From assembly GCF_006345805.1 (NCBI RefSeq), contig NC_043006.1, positions 26,288,001 through 26,352,000 of the forward strand: 64,000 bases of DNA. Reading direction: 5' to 3'. The position numbers and the translations under genes are program-made. Below are positions 34,041 to 47,364 of this stretch, in pieces. This DNA is from Octopus sinensis. Lineage: Eukaryota. The number at the start of each line of letters is the position of its first letter. Position 1 is the first letter of the stretch. The notes under the pieces are model-generated. The model worked only from the letters and a program-made list of their open reading frames with translations, ran no database searches and was not told the DNA's origin.

Positions 34041-36659
34041 TTCCACTTAGGCAAAATCCTTTTGGAAGGGGAAGCCACACTTCCTGTACATACATAAAAC
34101 TTTTGTGCCAATAGGCCATGTCAGTTCCATGCTGTTACACCTAGAGTACAGATGTATAGTACGCACCTGTCAGATTCTCATTATCACACAAGATGACTGA
34201 ATGCATTCATGGCCTACCAGTGTGGAAATTTTCATGCATGCACAGGAAGGGTGGTATCACCTCCCACCCAAAGGATTTTACCCATGCAGCATTAGTTTTG
34301 GCAGGAAAAAATAAAGTTGGATACTTTTTGAATGCACTTCATATGTCTGGACACTATACTGGATTGTAATCATTGATATATCTACTGAATCATGTCCTGG
34401 AAACAGCTTAAACTTGGTAGGGGTAAAAGTGGCAGTGTGTTGTTTACAGATTGTAAAATTCTTGACTTTATTCACAATCTATATTTACTTTCATTTGCTT
34501 TTATATTTTTATGATTTATTCTGACCTCAGCTTTAGGAAAAGATGCTGTGGTCAATCAGTTATTTGTTGTCACATTTTGATACTTTTCAGATTCTACTTA
34601 GAAGTTTCAAGAAAGTTAAAATATACACCAGACTCTTTTGTCACCTGACAATGAATAGGAGGTGATCTCAAATTTTAAAAAAACAGAACAATTGAGTAAG
34701 AAAATATAGAACCTGAAAACAAACTTTCTAGCAAGTTGTTAGAATGGCATTCCCAAAAATCAAGTCTTACAGTTAGAAGTGAACATATTTGATGCTATCA
34801 GTCTTGAAGGCTAGAAGTAAGAGTACAGATTCAGATTATAGTGATGGGAGAAAACAAAAAAATTGAAGTTCGTGTCCCAGTAGTTATGATGGATCAGATG
34901 AAGAGGTACTTCTCAGGAACAGTGGAAAGTTCAGTAGAAACTTTTCTCCTTGTTTGAGACTCTTGCTAAATTCAAACAGAGAATATAAACATCTGGTTAA
35001 TGTATATATTGCAAAAACCTCAATTATGGAGACCTTCTAAATGAATGTGAGCATCTTAAATTTCTATTTTATTCTTAATGAAACTGCAAGATGCTCCCTG
35101 CATTGTATAGAAATTTAATTTCCATCAACTTGAAATCTGTATTTACTAGTGTTGAAATTGCACTCAGAATAATCATGTGCATTTTAGAGAAGTACTAGCT
35201 GAAGCCATTTGACAAGGAGGAGTAGATGAAAGGCATATGACACAAGACAACCAGAAGCTCTACATGACAACCTTCTGAGGGCTAAAGATAGAAAGTGATA
35301 CGGTTGTAGAAGAGTGAAATACATAGAAACAGAAGTGGAAGAGTGATAACAACAGAGATTTATAACAGGCACCTAAAAGAAAAGCGAGGTAACATAATGA
35401 TTTAGTAAGGATATATGCAGAAAGTAAGTGATTTGCCAATGTTCTGCAGGATGAGGAAGAGAGATATTAGGTATTCCAAACTACAAGGTAATGCAGAGAA
35501 AACCAAGACATTATGGGAGAGAAATGCATACAGATGGATAATTGTAAACTTGCATGAAAGTGGTTTCTATGAAAGAAGACTGTATAGGAGAGAGATGTTC
35601 CCAATAAGGACTCAACAAAAGGATCAGCATTTCTAGTTGATAGCAGTATGACAGATAAAGCAATTATGGATATGAAGGCAAGAAAGTCCCTAGTCTATCA
35701 GAAATTACTGCTGAGATGCTTAAAATATCTAGCAGACTAGGATATGGCCTAGTTACTCACAGAGTCCAATCAGGATATATAAGACTGATATAGCAGCATT
35801 TTAGTTAACTGTTACAAGTGTAAAAGAGATGACTTAGGGAGCGGTAATTACAGAGGTATCAAATTGCTGGACCAGGCCATGAAAGTTATGGAAACAGTTG
35901 TAGTTCAATTAATTAGGGAGAGAGTTAGATACGATGAAGTTTGGTTTTTACCACAGAAAATACTACAGATTCCCTCTTCCTCATGAAGTACTACGCTAAA
36001 AGTGATCCACTGTGCTTAGCATGTGTTGACCTGGAAGAAAGCTTTTGACAGGGTCATTCACTTTGTGATCTGGTAGTCACTGAGGAAACTAAGATAGAAG
36101 AAGAGCTTGTGAGAGCCATAGATGCCATGTACAGGGGTGCTGTGAGGTGAGAATTGAAAAAGAGTTTGACAACAAATATGCAAGTAAAAGTTATCAGGGC
36201 TTGCTTCTAAGTCTCCTATCTATTGCAGTCCTTCAGGTCATAACAGAAACGTTTCAGATTGATTGCTCATAGGATCTACTGTATGCAGACATACTCATTA
36301 TTAAAACTGAATCTGTAGAATTTCAAAAAAATCCCAGGTGTGGAAAAAAACCTGTAATCAAAAGGTTCATACTTAATTTAGCAAAGACCAAAGATTTAGT
36401 AAACAGGAAAACAGATAGAACTCTTCTACATATGAAGCAAGGCCATTTCCCTGATGGAAGTGAAGGAATGGAAATTCCATACAGTATACCCAATGCAGAC
36501 TTAACACTCAAGATGTGCAGAGGATCCACAAGAAGCATAACAGTGAAAGTAGATTTCATATGTGGCATATGTGCAGGAGCAACAAACACTAAAAGTACAT
36601 GAAAAACAGATTTTCTCAGATAACCATGAGGTCCCTATAAGTAGTAAATGGTTTCTATT

Positions 36660-36942
36660 CATTATTTACATTTGACAGATATGTCCTCATCTTGTTTGTC
36701 AACATGTTTCAGCTGATATACCCTCCAGCCCTCATCAGGTGTCTTCAGGAAATTTCAAACCTGGGTTCTCATTCCTAAGGTATTTTTCGATATTATTATT
36801 ATTATTATTATTATTCAGGTCACTACCTGGAATTGAACTCAGAATCTTGGGGTTAGTAGCCTGCACTCTTAACCACTATGCCATATGCCCATAAATAATG
36901 TAAATAATGTACATAATTCTTCATCTCTTAAATATAGAACTG
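36660..36942 (-). mobile_element. tRNA-headed SINE with hammerhead motif and inverted 3' tail, 13-bp TSD
   Basis: Box A TGGCATAGTGG and box B GAGTTCAATTCC (36816-36890), (AAT)n, HHR core, tail; AATGGTTTCTATT duplicated at 36647-36659 and 36943-36955. Confidence 0.88.
36698..36743 (-). ncRNA. Minimal type-I hammerhead ribozyme motif (stem I degraded)
   Basis: GACAC-CUGAUGA-G-GGCUG/CAGCU(stem II)-GAAA-CAUG-UU-GAC; palindromic AACAUGUU stem III. Confidence 0.65.
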
Positions 36943-38468
36943 AATGGTTTCTATTACCTAGGTGATCTAATAAGCAACCAAGGGGATTTAGTGAGTTGTG
37001 GGGGTCACCAGTTTAGTGGATTGGTAGGCAAGTTAGTTCAAAGTTGTAACGTGTTCAAATGTAATGTGTTGGAAGATAACAATGTCACAATATAATGTGG
37101 AATGAAGTGTATGTAGAAATAAATGTCAGAAGGCATGTTTTGCTCATAAAGCATGGTAATTTATTTTAGATTGTTGATAAGTGCTAAGTAAAGTGAGCAT
37201 ATGAGAATAAATTTTTATCTTTGGGTGTAAATGTTAAAAAATGCAGAGTATTGGGAGAATGAGAAATGTGTAGCTAGACATGAATGAATTTTGCATGACT
37301 TACTATATATTTAAGTTTGGTGCTTATAGGCTGCAGGATGGTGATAGATATAAGTGAAATGAGTTGTGTGGTGTTGGTAGAGAACACTGTAAAAGACTCA
37401 CAGCAGAAAGAGTGATGTTGCCACTTGGGCTATCAAATCCGCAACTGATTTAGCTAGTTCCTGTTTGAAAAAGACACGTTTACTGCTAGACAGAAGTTAC
37501 ATGTATCCTTCTGCAGCCAGCTCTAATTGGATGAAGAGGCCAGAGCACGACTGTGCTATGCTACCACAACAATAGCTCTTTCATGTCTCACTACACTGCC
37601 CCACTGCAGACTGCAAGCCAATACAAACAAGCCAGGATGACAAATACAGTGTTGTGAAAAAGTTAAGCTGTGTTGAATGCCCTTTACCATCTCAGGTGAT
37701 TATTGTCAGGAGGAATAAAAAAAATGCAAAGGACCAGCAAAATGAAACCAACGTTCAGAATTGTGAAAAGTATTTGTGTTGGTGAATGTGAGGCAAAGCT
37801 GAGAAAAATAAAATGTGCATATCAAGAGAGAGAATCCAGGGAATGTGTGCAGAAGAGGATCTATTTGGGTGAGCTTGAATAGCAGTGTCACTTTGTGTGT
37901 ACAGTGTGCAGTTGCTGCATGGCCGAGGTAGCATTAGTATGCACGTGAGTGCTGAATGTGCCAGTCACTGCATGACTGATGCAGTGTGTGAGTGTGCATG
38001 GCAAGAACGACACAGTGTGGTATGCGACTGCAACTAATGAAGGCATAATATGTGGTGCATGTGTGTAGGAATGTTGAAAAATTTTACAAATAAAATATAG
38101 AACATCCAAAAACATGCATATGGATAGGAAGGATCCTGAAAAGTTAAAAAGTAGCAACTGAAATGCAAAACTAGGAGCAAGCAAAGAAAAGTTCCAGTCT
38201 ATATACAAGAGTTCAAGTGAGTTCAAAGTAGACAAAATGAGAAACAGCAGAAATATGGCAGCGATCGCTGTGCCTGATGCAATACCACAAGCTGATGCTT
38301 TACATTGGAAACATGAGGAGCAAGGAGGGATGCTGTAAAGCAAGTGTTTCTCAGCAGCAAAAAACAAGACAGATTCGATCAGGTGCAAAAGCGCCGAAAT
38401 CATCTTCAGGAAGCAGAGCTGGAGAAGCTCAGTGAGTCAAAGCAGAAGTCCAGGACAATGGAGGATGA

Positions 38469-39850
38469 TATGTTTATACATATCATGAACAAGATGACCT
38501 CTACCCAGCAATTTCAAATTTAGTTCATTTAAATAGGATGTAAGGTTCACAAGGAAAGCTAAATCATGCACCCAGTCTTAATTTTGAAGTTCCAAAGCAA
38601 ACTTTCCTTTCATATCCTTGAAAGCAAAAATTTCTTCTCTGAGCACATAGAATTGCTTCAGTATCCTACTCTTACTTATCCATCCTACCTCGCAACAATA
38701 GGCAAGGGTACCATACTCTGCATCAATATATTCTAAGAATTCTTTAAATTACAGATATTGATGCATACCTATTATTGCGAAGTATGCTGAACCAATTCTG
38801 TGTGCTCAGAGTAGAAATTTTTGCTTTGGAACTTCAAAATGAAGACTGGGTTCATGATTTAGCTTTCCTTGTGAACCATACATCCTATTTAAATGAACTA
38901 AATTTGAAATTGAAGGGTAGAGGTCATCTTGTTCATGATATGTATAAACATGTCAAGGTGTTTGAAACCAAACTTCAGCTTCGGGAGAGGCAACTAAGAG
39001 ATGGAAATATTTTCCACTTTCTGACCTTGGCACGGCATGGACAAGCAGATTTAGGGTCTTGACTTTATGATGTTGACACATGGCACAACAATGGACATGA
39101 CATTTGAAAACTTCATAGATTTTGCACTTAAATTCTGCTGATGAATCATACAATAAAATGCAACGATGCTGCCAGGTTCCTTGTACATTGAAATCTCTGC
39201 TTTTATTTTTAAAATGAACCCATTTTTACTTCCAACCAAGGCAGGTAAGATTGGATTTTTCATTAAGATTTTCACTTTCTGAAAAATGTCCTCGCTTGTA
39301 GTGCCTGTCATGGCATGCAGTCCAAGCATCTCTTCGGTAATATTAAAATCGGAGTTAACACAAAACACAAACACTACAAGCTGGGTTATGTTACACCAGT
39401 ACTCTTGTCTGTGGCTAAAGAAAAAGTTTCAAATTTTGAGCACAGCTTCATTACGCCTTGTCACAGTTCTGTGAGATGGGCTAATATTTTCAAAGGCTTT
39501 TTTTTCTTGACACACGATTTCAGATACGAGTAAACATTCTTTTCCAAATTCTCCATCACTGTAGTTTGTTGAATGTTTTGCGATTTTTTCAGCAATAATG
39601 TAACCAGCTTGGACAATATTATTACTCTTGTTCTGTTTATTGACAAAAAATATTTGTTATCCTATTAAGGCTTTTCTCAATTTTTCAACTTTTCCTTCCT
39701 TCCCTCGCCTGATTGCAATACTGGGAATGTTTTGTACAGTAGTGTCTTTTCAAATAATATTCTTTCAGAATAGTAACAGACTCTCAACAAATGAGACACA
39801 CTGGTTTCTCATTCCATAGTACAAAAAAATAATCTGCCATCCACTTATCT
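38469..39850 (-). mobile_element. hAT (GTF2IRD2/SPIN-like) transposase remnant containing an inverted duplication
   Basis: Minus strand: KPVCLIC..KRHY..AFENIS.S.RTVTR..CMIHQQNL..IIKSR (39850-39048), resuming QFKEFL..AEYG..EVGW..DWVHDLAFLV (38760-38469); plus-strand copy at 38768-39047. Confidence 0.85.
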
Positions 39851-39949
39851 TGAAACACATGACCTTCATCTAACTTTCTTTCCTTCAACATATTTGGGAT
39901 TTGGATATTCCAAAGGTTGGATTTTTGACTGTGTGGAAAAGAAGGTAGG

Positions 39950-41050
39950 TCTTTCAGAACAACTTCAAATTGAAAATCAAATTTGAGAGTAAGGAATAAT
40001 CTGAAAGTGAACAGGATCTACAGAAGTTCAACCAAAATGAAGTATTAAAAATCAATCAGGACTTTGGAAAATTTGAAAGTAATGATATTTAGTAGCATCC
40101 GAAAAAAATTCAATTGAATAAAAAAATTAATCTATATTAAATTTCTCTAAAAAAAAAGAAAATCGATGTCTTTTCAAACAAAATAAAATAAATAAAATTT
40201 TGAAGTTCATAGATTAAAATGCTAATAAGAAACTGAAAAAAAATATGTGGGAAAGACAGCTCTTAAAAAGAAAATTCAAATTTACCCACATACCTACTTT
40301 AAGAAAAATATTTTGAATAGGTAAAATAAAAACTTAATCCTTATTCTTTAAATTTTGAATAAACAAATTAAAGTTCATAGAAAATCATAGTTGAAATTAT
40401 ACTTTTTCAGCATAATCAAAAAAATTCATTGGGAAAAAAATCATTTCAAATTAATCATCAGTTGTAGTAGTAAAAAAAACTAAACTAATTTACTAAAAAG
40501 AAAATCTAAGTCTATAAAGCAAAAACCTAAAATCTATAACCCAGCAGTGCAGAACAAATCTTTCAAAAGAAGCCCACATTTTTTAGAAATAAAACATTTA
40601 TTTGTTACCAAACAATAATAGGTAATGAAAAACTGGAAAAGGGAAGTTAAAATGGTTGAAGGCTATTGAATCAACATGAATTTGAAACAAAGTACTGAAA
40701 TTTGATCTTGATCATACTCCATTTGAGAAAAAATAAACCAATGGCAAATATTCTACTAAATAATTTCAAGATTTTGCAGTTAAAATCCAAATAAAATCAA
40801 AAGCTGAAGCTCTTAAAAGAAGCTTAAACAGGTTAAAATTCTATTTTTTCTTTATCAAAATTCAAGAGAAAAATTTATGAAAGAAACAATCATAAAAACT
40901 TTCTTCAAAAAAGCTGAAAAATCAAACAGCTTTCGCAAGTGATATTGGCAAACTTTCAAGAAATATCAAATTGAAATTGTAATGAAAGATAAAATCTAAA
41001 ACTGGATTAAGAATGTTAAGAATTCAAGAAAGTGAGAATCAACTGATAAC
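39950..41050 (+). mobile_element. A-rich decayed element, possibly Penelope-like (GIY-YIG remnant)
   Basis: Strong plus-strand A bias; KKYVGKT..L remnant at ~40240 and LSKEAHIF at ~40560; no long ORF. Confidence 0.3.
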
Positions 41051-42699
41051 AAAAAAAATTACTATTATTACTCTTTGAACCATTGATTGTTGTGATATTA
41101 AAATATTTAAGATAGAAAAGTAAAATGGAGGACAAACACATATGAACTAATGAGATGCATTGGAGTAAAAGCTACTGTAAAAAAAAATTAAGGTTTGTAA
41201 AATTTTGCATTCACACGTTCCTACACACACACTGCTTGTTGCTTGCACTAAAATATGACAGGCAGAGATGAGAAAAATATTTGTGATGTCATATTTCGTG
41301 AGAGACAGACAGACAGTGTGATGCTTTAAAACAGAGAATATAGCATTTATACTGTACAGCAAAAGAGAGAGAGAGAAGAAAGGAGGGATGGTGAAATTAA
41401 ATGCAAAATTAAAGTGCAAGTTTAAGAGGCGAGAAACAATAAGGTTAATAATTGGAAAATTTGAGAAAAATTTTTTGCTTGTAAAATTAGTAACCTAGAA
41501 ACTCATGGAGGGTGGCACAACATGTCAAGGGCCACAGGTTGCCCATGCATGCTGTATAATGTGGGTAGCCATGTAGCTCCTATACAGCAAGAAACCTGTT
41601 CTGTTTTGGTCTTGTCTTACATATTTTAACCTCTCATTGCTTAGCATAAAACTGCTTCCAGGAGATTTTAGTCTTATGAGCCACATTATGACACCACTAG
41701 TGCTGGTACCACGAAAAAAAAGCACCTAGTATGCTCTGTGCAGTGTCTGGTATTAAGAAGGGCACCCAGCCATAGAAACCACACCAAAACAGGCACTGGA
41801 GTGCAATGTATCTCTGAGAGACAGAGATCTATATAGTAGTTATAGGGAGACCTAGAATGAAGACAACATACTTGTGAGCCAGGGTCAGAAGCCTGTCTTC
41901 GTGATTGAATGCCAATCAGTGACCCATTTCTAGATTTGATCTAGGATTAGGTATCACAATAGAGTGCCATAAAAAAAGAGACAAGTAGTTTGACCATGCA
42001 AAAACACACATTTTGCCTTATTTTCATGTGAAAATACATTTTTTCCATAGAAAATTAAATATCATTTGGAAGTTCTGGATGTGAACTTTCTTCACATATA
42101 GTTTCAATCAAAATCTGAGACTTACATATTATGCCAGGGTCCCTGAATCACCCTGGTATTTCCTCCCATTCACAAAGTTTATCCTGTTTTTTTTCTTCTT
42201 TTTTTTTTGTTTATTTTTTAATCTAGGGCAACATGCAATTCTGAGAATGGTACCAGGTGGTTGTGTGATGTACTCAAAACAACAGATAAATCTTCCTCAA
42301 ATCATACACATTTTCGTTTGAATTTTTTTTTAACTAAAAAGGTTTCTTGCATTGTTTTTAAGTGCATAGTGCAAAAAAAAAGGGGGGGGCCCAAATCGGT
42401 TTGGATGGGGGTGAAGGGAAGAGAGGTAGAAAAAAATCATAAATTTTTCAACATTTTTTTTTTCCATAAAAAGCTTACCCCCATCATTTCCAAGGCTGTA
42501 GTAAAAAAAAAGGGAAAAATCCCTGTCAAAAAGAGAAAATCCAACTTATGTAGCCATCCTGATCCAAAACTTGCCATTTTTAATAGTCCATTAAAATCTT
42601 ATTGAAACAATATCACATTCCAAAATCTCAGGGTTTATTTCGTTCTAAACCTACTAGAAATGTGCCAAAAACTCAAGTCTTTTATGATATGCAGAAGAA

Positions 42700-42860
42700 A
42701 CATTGGATCTATTTTTTGACATGCTAGTCCCCACACAGCATGAGGCCAATGTGAGGAGTTTTGCTCAAGAACACAATACACCATCCAGTGCAGAAATCAA
42801 ACCTGTGATCTGACAATCGTGAGTGCAGCATCCAAATCACTAGGCCATGCACCTTCACAA
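42700..42860 (-). mobile_element. tRNA-derived SINE fragment (same type as ~24046)
   Basis: Reverse GAAGGTGCATGGCCTAGTG..CAGGTTTGATTTC head and TTCTTGAGCAAAAC body. Confidence 0.6.
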
Positions 42861-44749
42861 GAGTTGAAGAGTAAAGAATTTAGTTTTGCACTAGTGGTAT
42901 TGGTGTGGAATGACTGTGAGAGCTATGATGAGTTGTCAGCAAAGGAAATGATTTGGGGGAAAAGAAAGGTATAGTAGAAGTTTTCAATGAAGGGTCAACA
43001 AATTACTGGTGGTCAGAGAAAATAAAGGAACAATAAAGTGAGTGAATGTATTTGGAGATCTTTGAGGCTGAAATCCAGATGGGAGAGATGAAACAGTGAA
43101 AGTGGAATTTGCATATGCAAAGGTCATACCTTTTGAAGTAAAATTTGAAAAGAGTGTAGCCTAGATAACAGAGATGAGTTGTAGATAGGGGTTAAGAAAT
43201 TTGTGATCCAGAAAAAAATAGGATGTTTGGTTTGCATGTTAATGAGAGATGATAAGTGGGATCTAGGTTAGACAGGAGTCTTTGGATGTAGAAGAGTTGG
43301 AAAATTGGCCATCATAGGATACTGCATGAATTGACATGAAAATATCTAAGCAGGAAACCTGGACCAAATGCTTGCAAAAGCTGCAAATGGTACCCTAGTA
43401 TCAGATGGTGGTGTTAAACCAGGCACATACCACCAAATAAATAAATAAAAAATAAAGGAGGGAACCTTCTATATCATAAAAGAGAACTACATTAGAACAG
43501 GAACAAAGTACACCTATCACCAAAAGAAAGAAAAGAATGGGACTTCTAAAAACTGCAAGACACTAATGATGGCAACAGCAGTAGAAACAGTAGTAGTAGC
43601 TACTACTGCAGCTGCTGAAATGACAAATGGTTGAAGATGGGTAGAGGAGAAAAGATCAGTAGAGGCACTATCAATTGGTGAGATAGAAGCCAACATGGGT
43701 GAGTTTTGCTGGCTGCTGTGGTTATTCTTCTGTCTGTTGCTGCTGTAGGCAATTCACCACACACTGTACCATCTCACTGTATGGTGTGCAAACTGAATGT
43801 CTTTTCACATATATGCTGAAATTTGTTTTGCAAGTTACATGTTATATTCTTCAAAAAGTTGTGCTTGGTTAATATTTGCTGCAAAGTATGTTTTTGACAT
43901 TTTTTTCCAATTTTTTTCCTCAATGTTTAACCAGTGATCTTGTTGGAAGTACCAAATCTATTTTTAATTTCACTAAATGTTTACGTTTTCATCCCTATAG
44001 TGAGTGAATGGGTGGGCTCTGGAAATATTTTTAAAATGGCCTCTGTACAGTGGGTGACCACTAGATAGGTCATTACATTTTGGTAATTGTACTGGAGAGA
44101 CGGACCATCAAGTTGTAGAGAAAGTTTTGTTTCCATATTTAGACAACCTAATATAAAAATCAGATGTACCTTCAATTGGGTAAAGTTATTTTAAACAGCA
44201 GATAAAACATTCCTATTTATGAAAGCACCTAGTGTATGAAGTTGAAGCAGAACAGAATTTTTTCCAATATTTTGGGTCTTTGTAGAACTTCAACTTCTTT
44301 TTCCATAATATAAACACACTCATTTGTGATTGTATATATATGGAGCTCACTAATGATTTTACTTGAGTAGGGAGATGCTATTATGTTATTAAGAAAGTAT
44401 TGCTCATGCTTAAAATTCAATTAAGTGGTTGTGAACTACACGCCCATAACATGCTTAGAAGGTATATATAAACTCTATACAGGTTGCTTGAATGTGTTTC
44501 TTTAAAATCACTGTGAAACAAAGAGTCTGGAGAAAAGCTGAGTCTTAGATTGCTTCTCATCAATAAAGTTGTACTTAAATACTTTAAAGCTGGACCATAA
44601 GGTGTTTGACTGTACCTCACTCGTGGATACTAGAATAATTGTACTTTGTAAAGTTCCTGTAATTGGTGTCATTAAAAGACCGACTACAATATGATTCAAT
44701 ATGATTCATGAGCTACCAATAAGAACTGAAGCTATTACTATAGTCACAA

Positions 44750-46250
44750 AGACAACTATAGTCACAAAGAGAACAGAAATGTCCAGTGTGACAATTTATT
44801 TGCATCTTGTTTATCCTGGTAGTAGTGAATCCCTTGCTAGCCCTGATGATAAAGGATTTATAGTCGTGAAGAACAACAACATTACAAATGCCAATGATGA
44901 ATGTTACAAATATCTCAAAATTGATGAGAACATTGTGTTCAATGGTGCTTTAAGTAAAGCTAGCAAGACAAACGAATACTCAGCAGACTTTAGAAGATAT
45001 AGCAGTCAGAGTTGTCCACATTCAATAAAACCATATCCCAAAATGCTTTTGCAGTGTCGTTGTTAAAAGCAACACCTAGGATACTAGACCGGATACTTGA
45101 AAAGATCCGTAACTTGGACATAAAGACTAAGAAGATACTAACCACCAACTGGTAACATCCATACGAACTGTGATACTGACAGGATCTATGTTAAGCATAA
45201 GGTCAATCCAAATGATCTTTGAGTGCTCCATCATATCACTAAGACAACACCTATTGAACAGTAAAAGGAGAAATAAGTACATCATGAGTATGCAATAGAG
45301 AAAAGTAATATCTTGAAAGTAGGTGAAGGATACCAACAACATTAACAGAAAGAGTAGCTTCTCCTGGACCTATGATAGACACATTACATCCCATCTACAT
45401 GGACACACCTTTGTTGTTTAGGAACAGGAGTTAGCTATTATACACTTGATCACAAAGAAAGATAGGAATGTCTGCAAACTTCCATGTTGTGACAGAACAT
45501 TGATTATGCCATGCCAATGTGAAAAATAAATATTAGGACATTATTGCCAAGACCATTTACAAAGCTTTCCAGTTATACTAAAGACACACAGAACCAGAAT
45601 GTATTCACTACTTTAAAAAGAAGGAATAGTAGTATAATATTCCAATGAAATAGTAATCTATTACGTTGTGTCACATACAAAGGTTATACTTTTGCAATCT
45701 AAAGGTACAAGAAAGCTACAAAATACCTGATGGACAAACTGACAGTAAAGATCTTAAACACCAAAGATGGAAACAAAAATGTCTATTAAGTAACATTTCT
45801 GGAAAAGTTATTAGCAAATGACCAAAAATGTCATTAAGTTATTACTATTAAAAGAAGCATAATAGTGTTGCTGAAACAACATAGAAAAGATTGCCCTGGG
45901 AATATTTCCTATGAATACATCTGTTGTTGAATATATTACATACATGTCAACACAAGGTATAATGGTTTCCCATCAAAATGCTAAACACAACCATAACAGA
46001 CTTGACACAATTGTTTAAGACTGAAAAGAGAAATTATGTACAGTCATAGAGATCAACTGCCTTTATGTGAACATTACTTTTGAAATTATTGAGGAAGAGA
46101 ATCTTTATAATTGTTTAGAAACACACCCAGATTCACATTTATAATCCATAACTATAAGCAATCTCATAAAGCTGAGATTTTCAGACAAAGAAAGAGGTCA
46201 GCCAACACACCATTTGCAAATTACAATCTTTAAGTAGAACAATAAAAATG
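44750..46250 (+). mobile_element. Decayed R4/NeSL-like non-LTR fragments
   Basis: LDIKTKKILT..GNIHTNCDTDRIYVK..ISLRQHL resembles the post-RT region of REL-type LINEs. Confidence 0.4.
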
Positions 46251-47364
46251 TGCAAAACATTCAACATGTAACTTATTGTTGTTATCGAGACTGCAGCAAT
46301 GGAGCTTTTCTACTTGGCTAAAAACCAGCTTCTTCCTTCAACAGAAGGCTTCAAATAATAATAATAATAACCATCATTACACCCACTTTTTCAATGCTAG
46401 CATGGGAAAAGCTGCTCTTCCTGATGCTATCACTTGTTTTAAGTCAGTTACTTTACCCCACAATTTTACACACCAAACCACTGGTGAACAATTTGTTTAT
46501 GGGGTGGGCATACATGTGAATGCTGCTTAATGATGTGAATGTAAAGACACATGGTAATACACTCACATAGTTTTTGTCTTCTAATTTCACTCAAGGTATT
46601 AGACAACTTGAGACCAAAGAAAAAGACATTTGCCCAAAGTACTAAATAGTGAAATCAAACCCGAGACATTGTTGTGATTTCAACTTTTTAACCACACAGC
46701 CATTCATATTAATATATAAATTATACACAAATATATACATACATATGTATGGATGTATCTGTAAACAAATATGCATGCAGACATACTTATATGTACATAT
46801 AAATATAATCCAGATCTTAAAAAGGAAAGACCAAAAGATTCCGTCTTCTTTCATCAAAATTTGATACCATCACAAAAATTTGATAACATCAGAGATATGT
46901 TAGATCTACCTAAATAGTTGTCAACTCATTAAAAGAATAAAAAATCCCAGTTAAACTATCCAAGTCAAAGCTTACCACCAGATATCAAATATAAAAGGTA
47001 CACGGACGCTTCAGTCTATTCTTATAGGATCATTGGGCCACCAATATAACACTTAAACGAGAAGAAAGTACACAGTTGTATAGGACAGCTTCTAATCAAC
47101 AAAATGATACAAGAAGATACAGAAACTACAGCAACATGATTGAAGTTTTGCTGAACTACCGGGTGGATTCTTACAGCATTACAATTAGTTCCACAACTAT
47201 TGGAAGCTTCTATTCAACACCAAACCTAGATTTGGTACATTACTTTACTTTTCGGAATATCAACTCTAAAGCTATACATTACAAAAATAAAAAAGCTTCC
47301 TACAGAGAAACTTGTTAACATTCCCACTCATAAAACATAGTGCTTATAGAAATGAATGCCTTAA

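Larger units (their letters stand above)
35400..37030 (+). mobile_element. Decayed RTE LINE, interrupted by the SINE at 36660-36942
   Basis: NYRGIKLLDQAMKVME, VDLEKAFDRV, finger region and F.YLGD motif split by the insertion. Confidence 0.75.

Noticed and set aside
36816-36890. Functional tRNA gene (also ~24046-24120, ~42790-42860)
   Set aside because: Box A and B are present but the acceptor stem is not formed and the heads run into SINE bodies.
37888-38403. 171-aa minus-strand ORF as a gene
   Set aside because: No recognisable domain or splice structure; lies in decayed repeat-like sequence beside a hAT remnant and is probably an antisense open frame.
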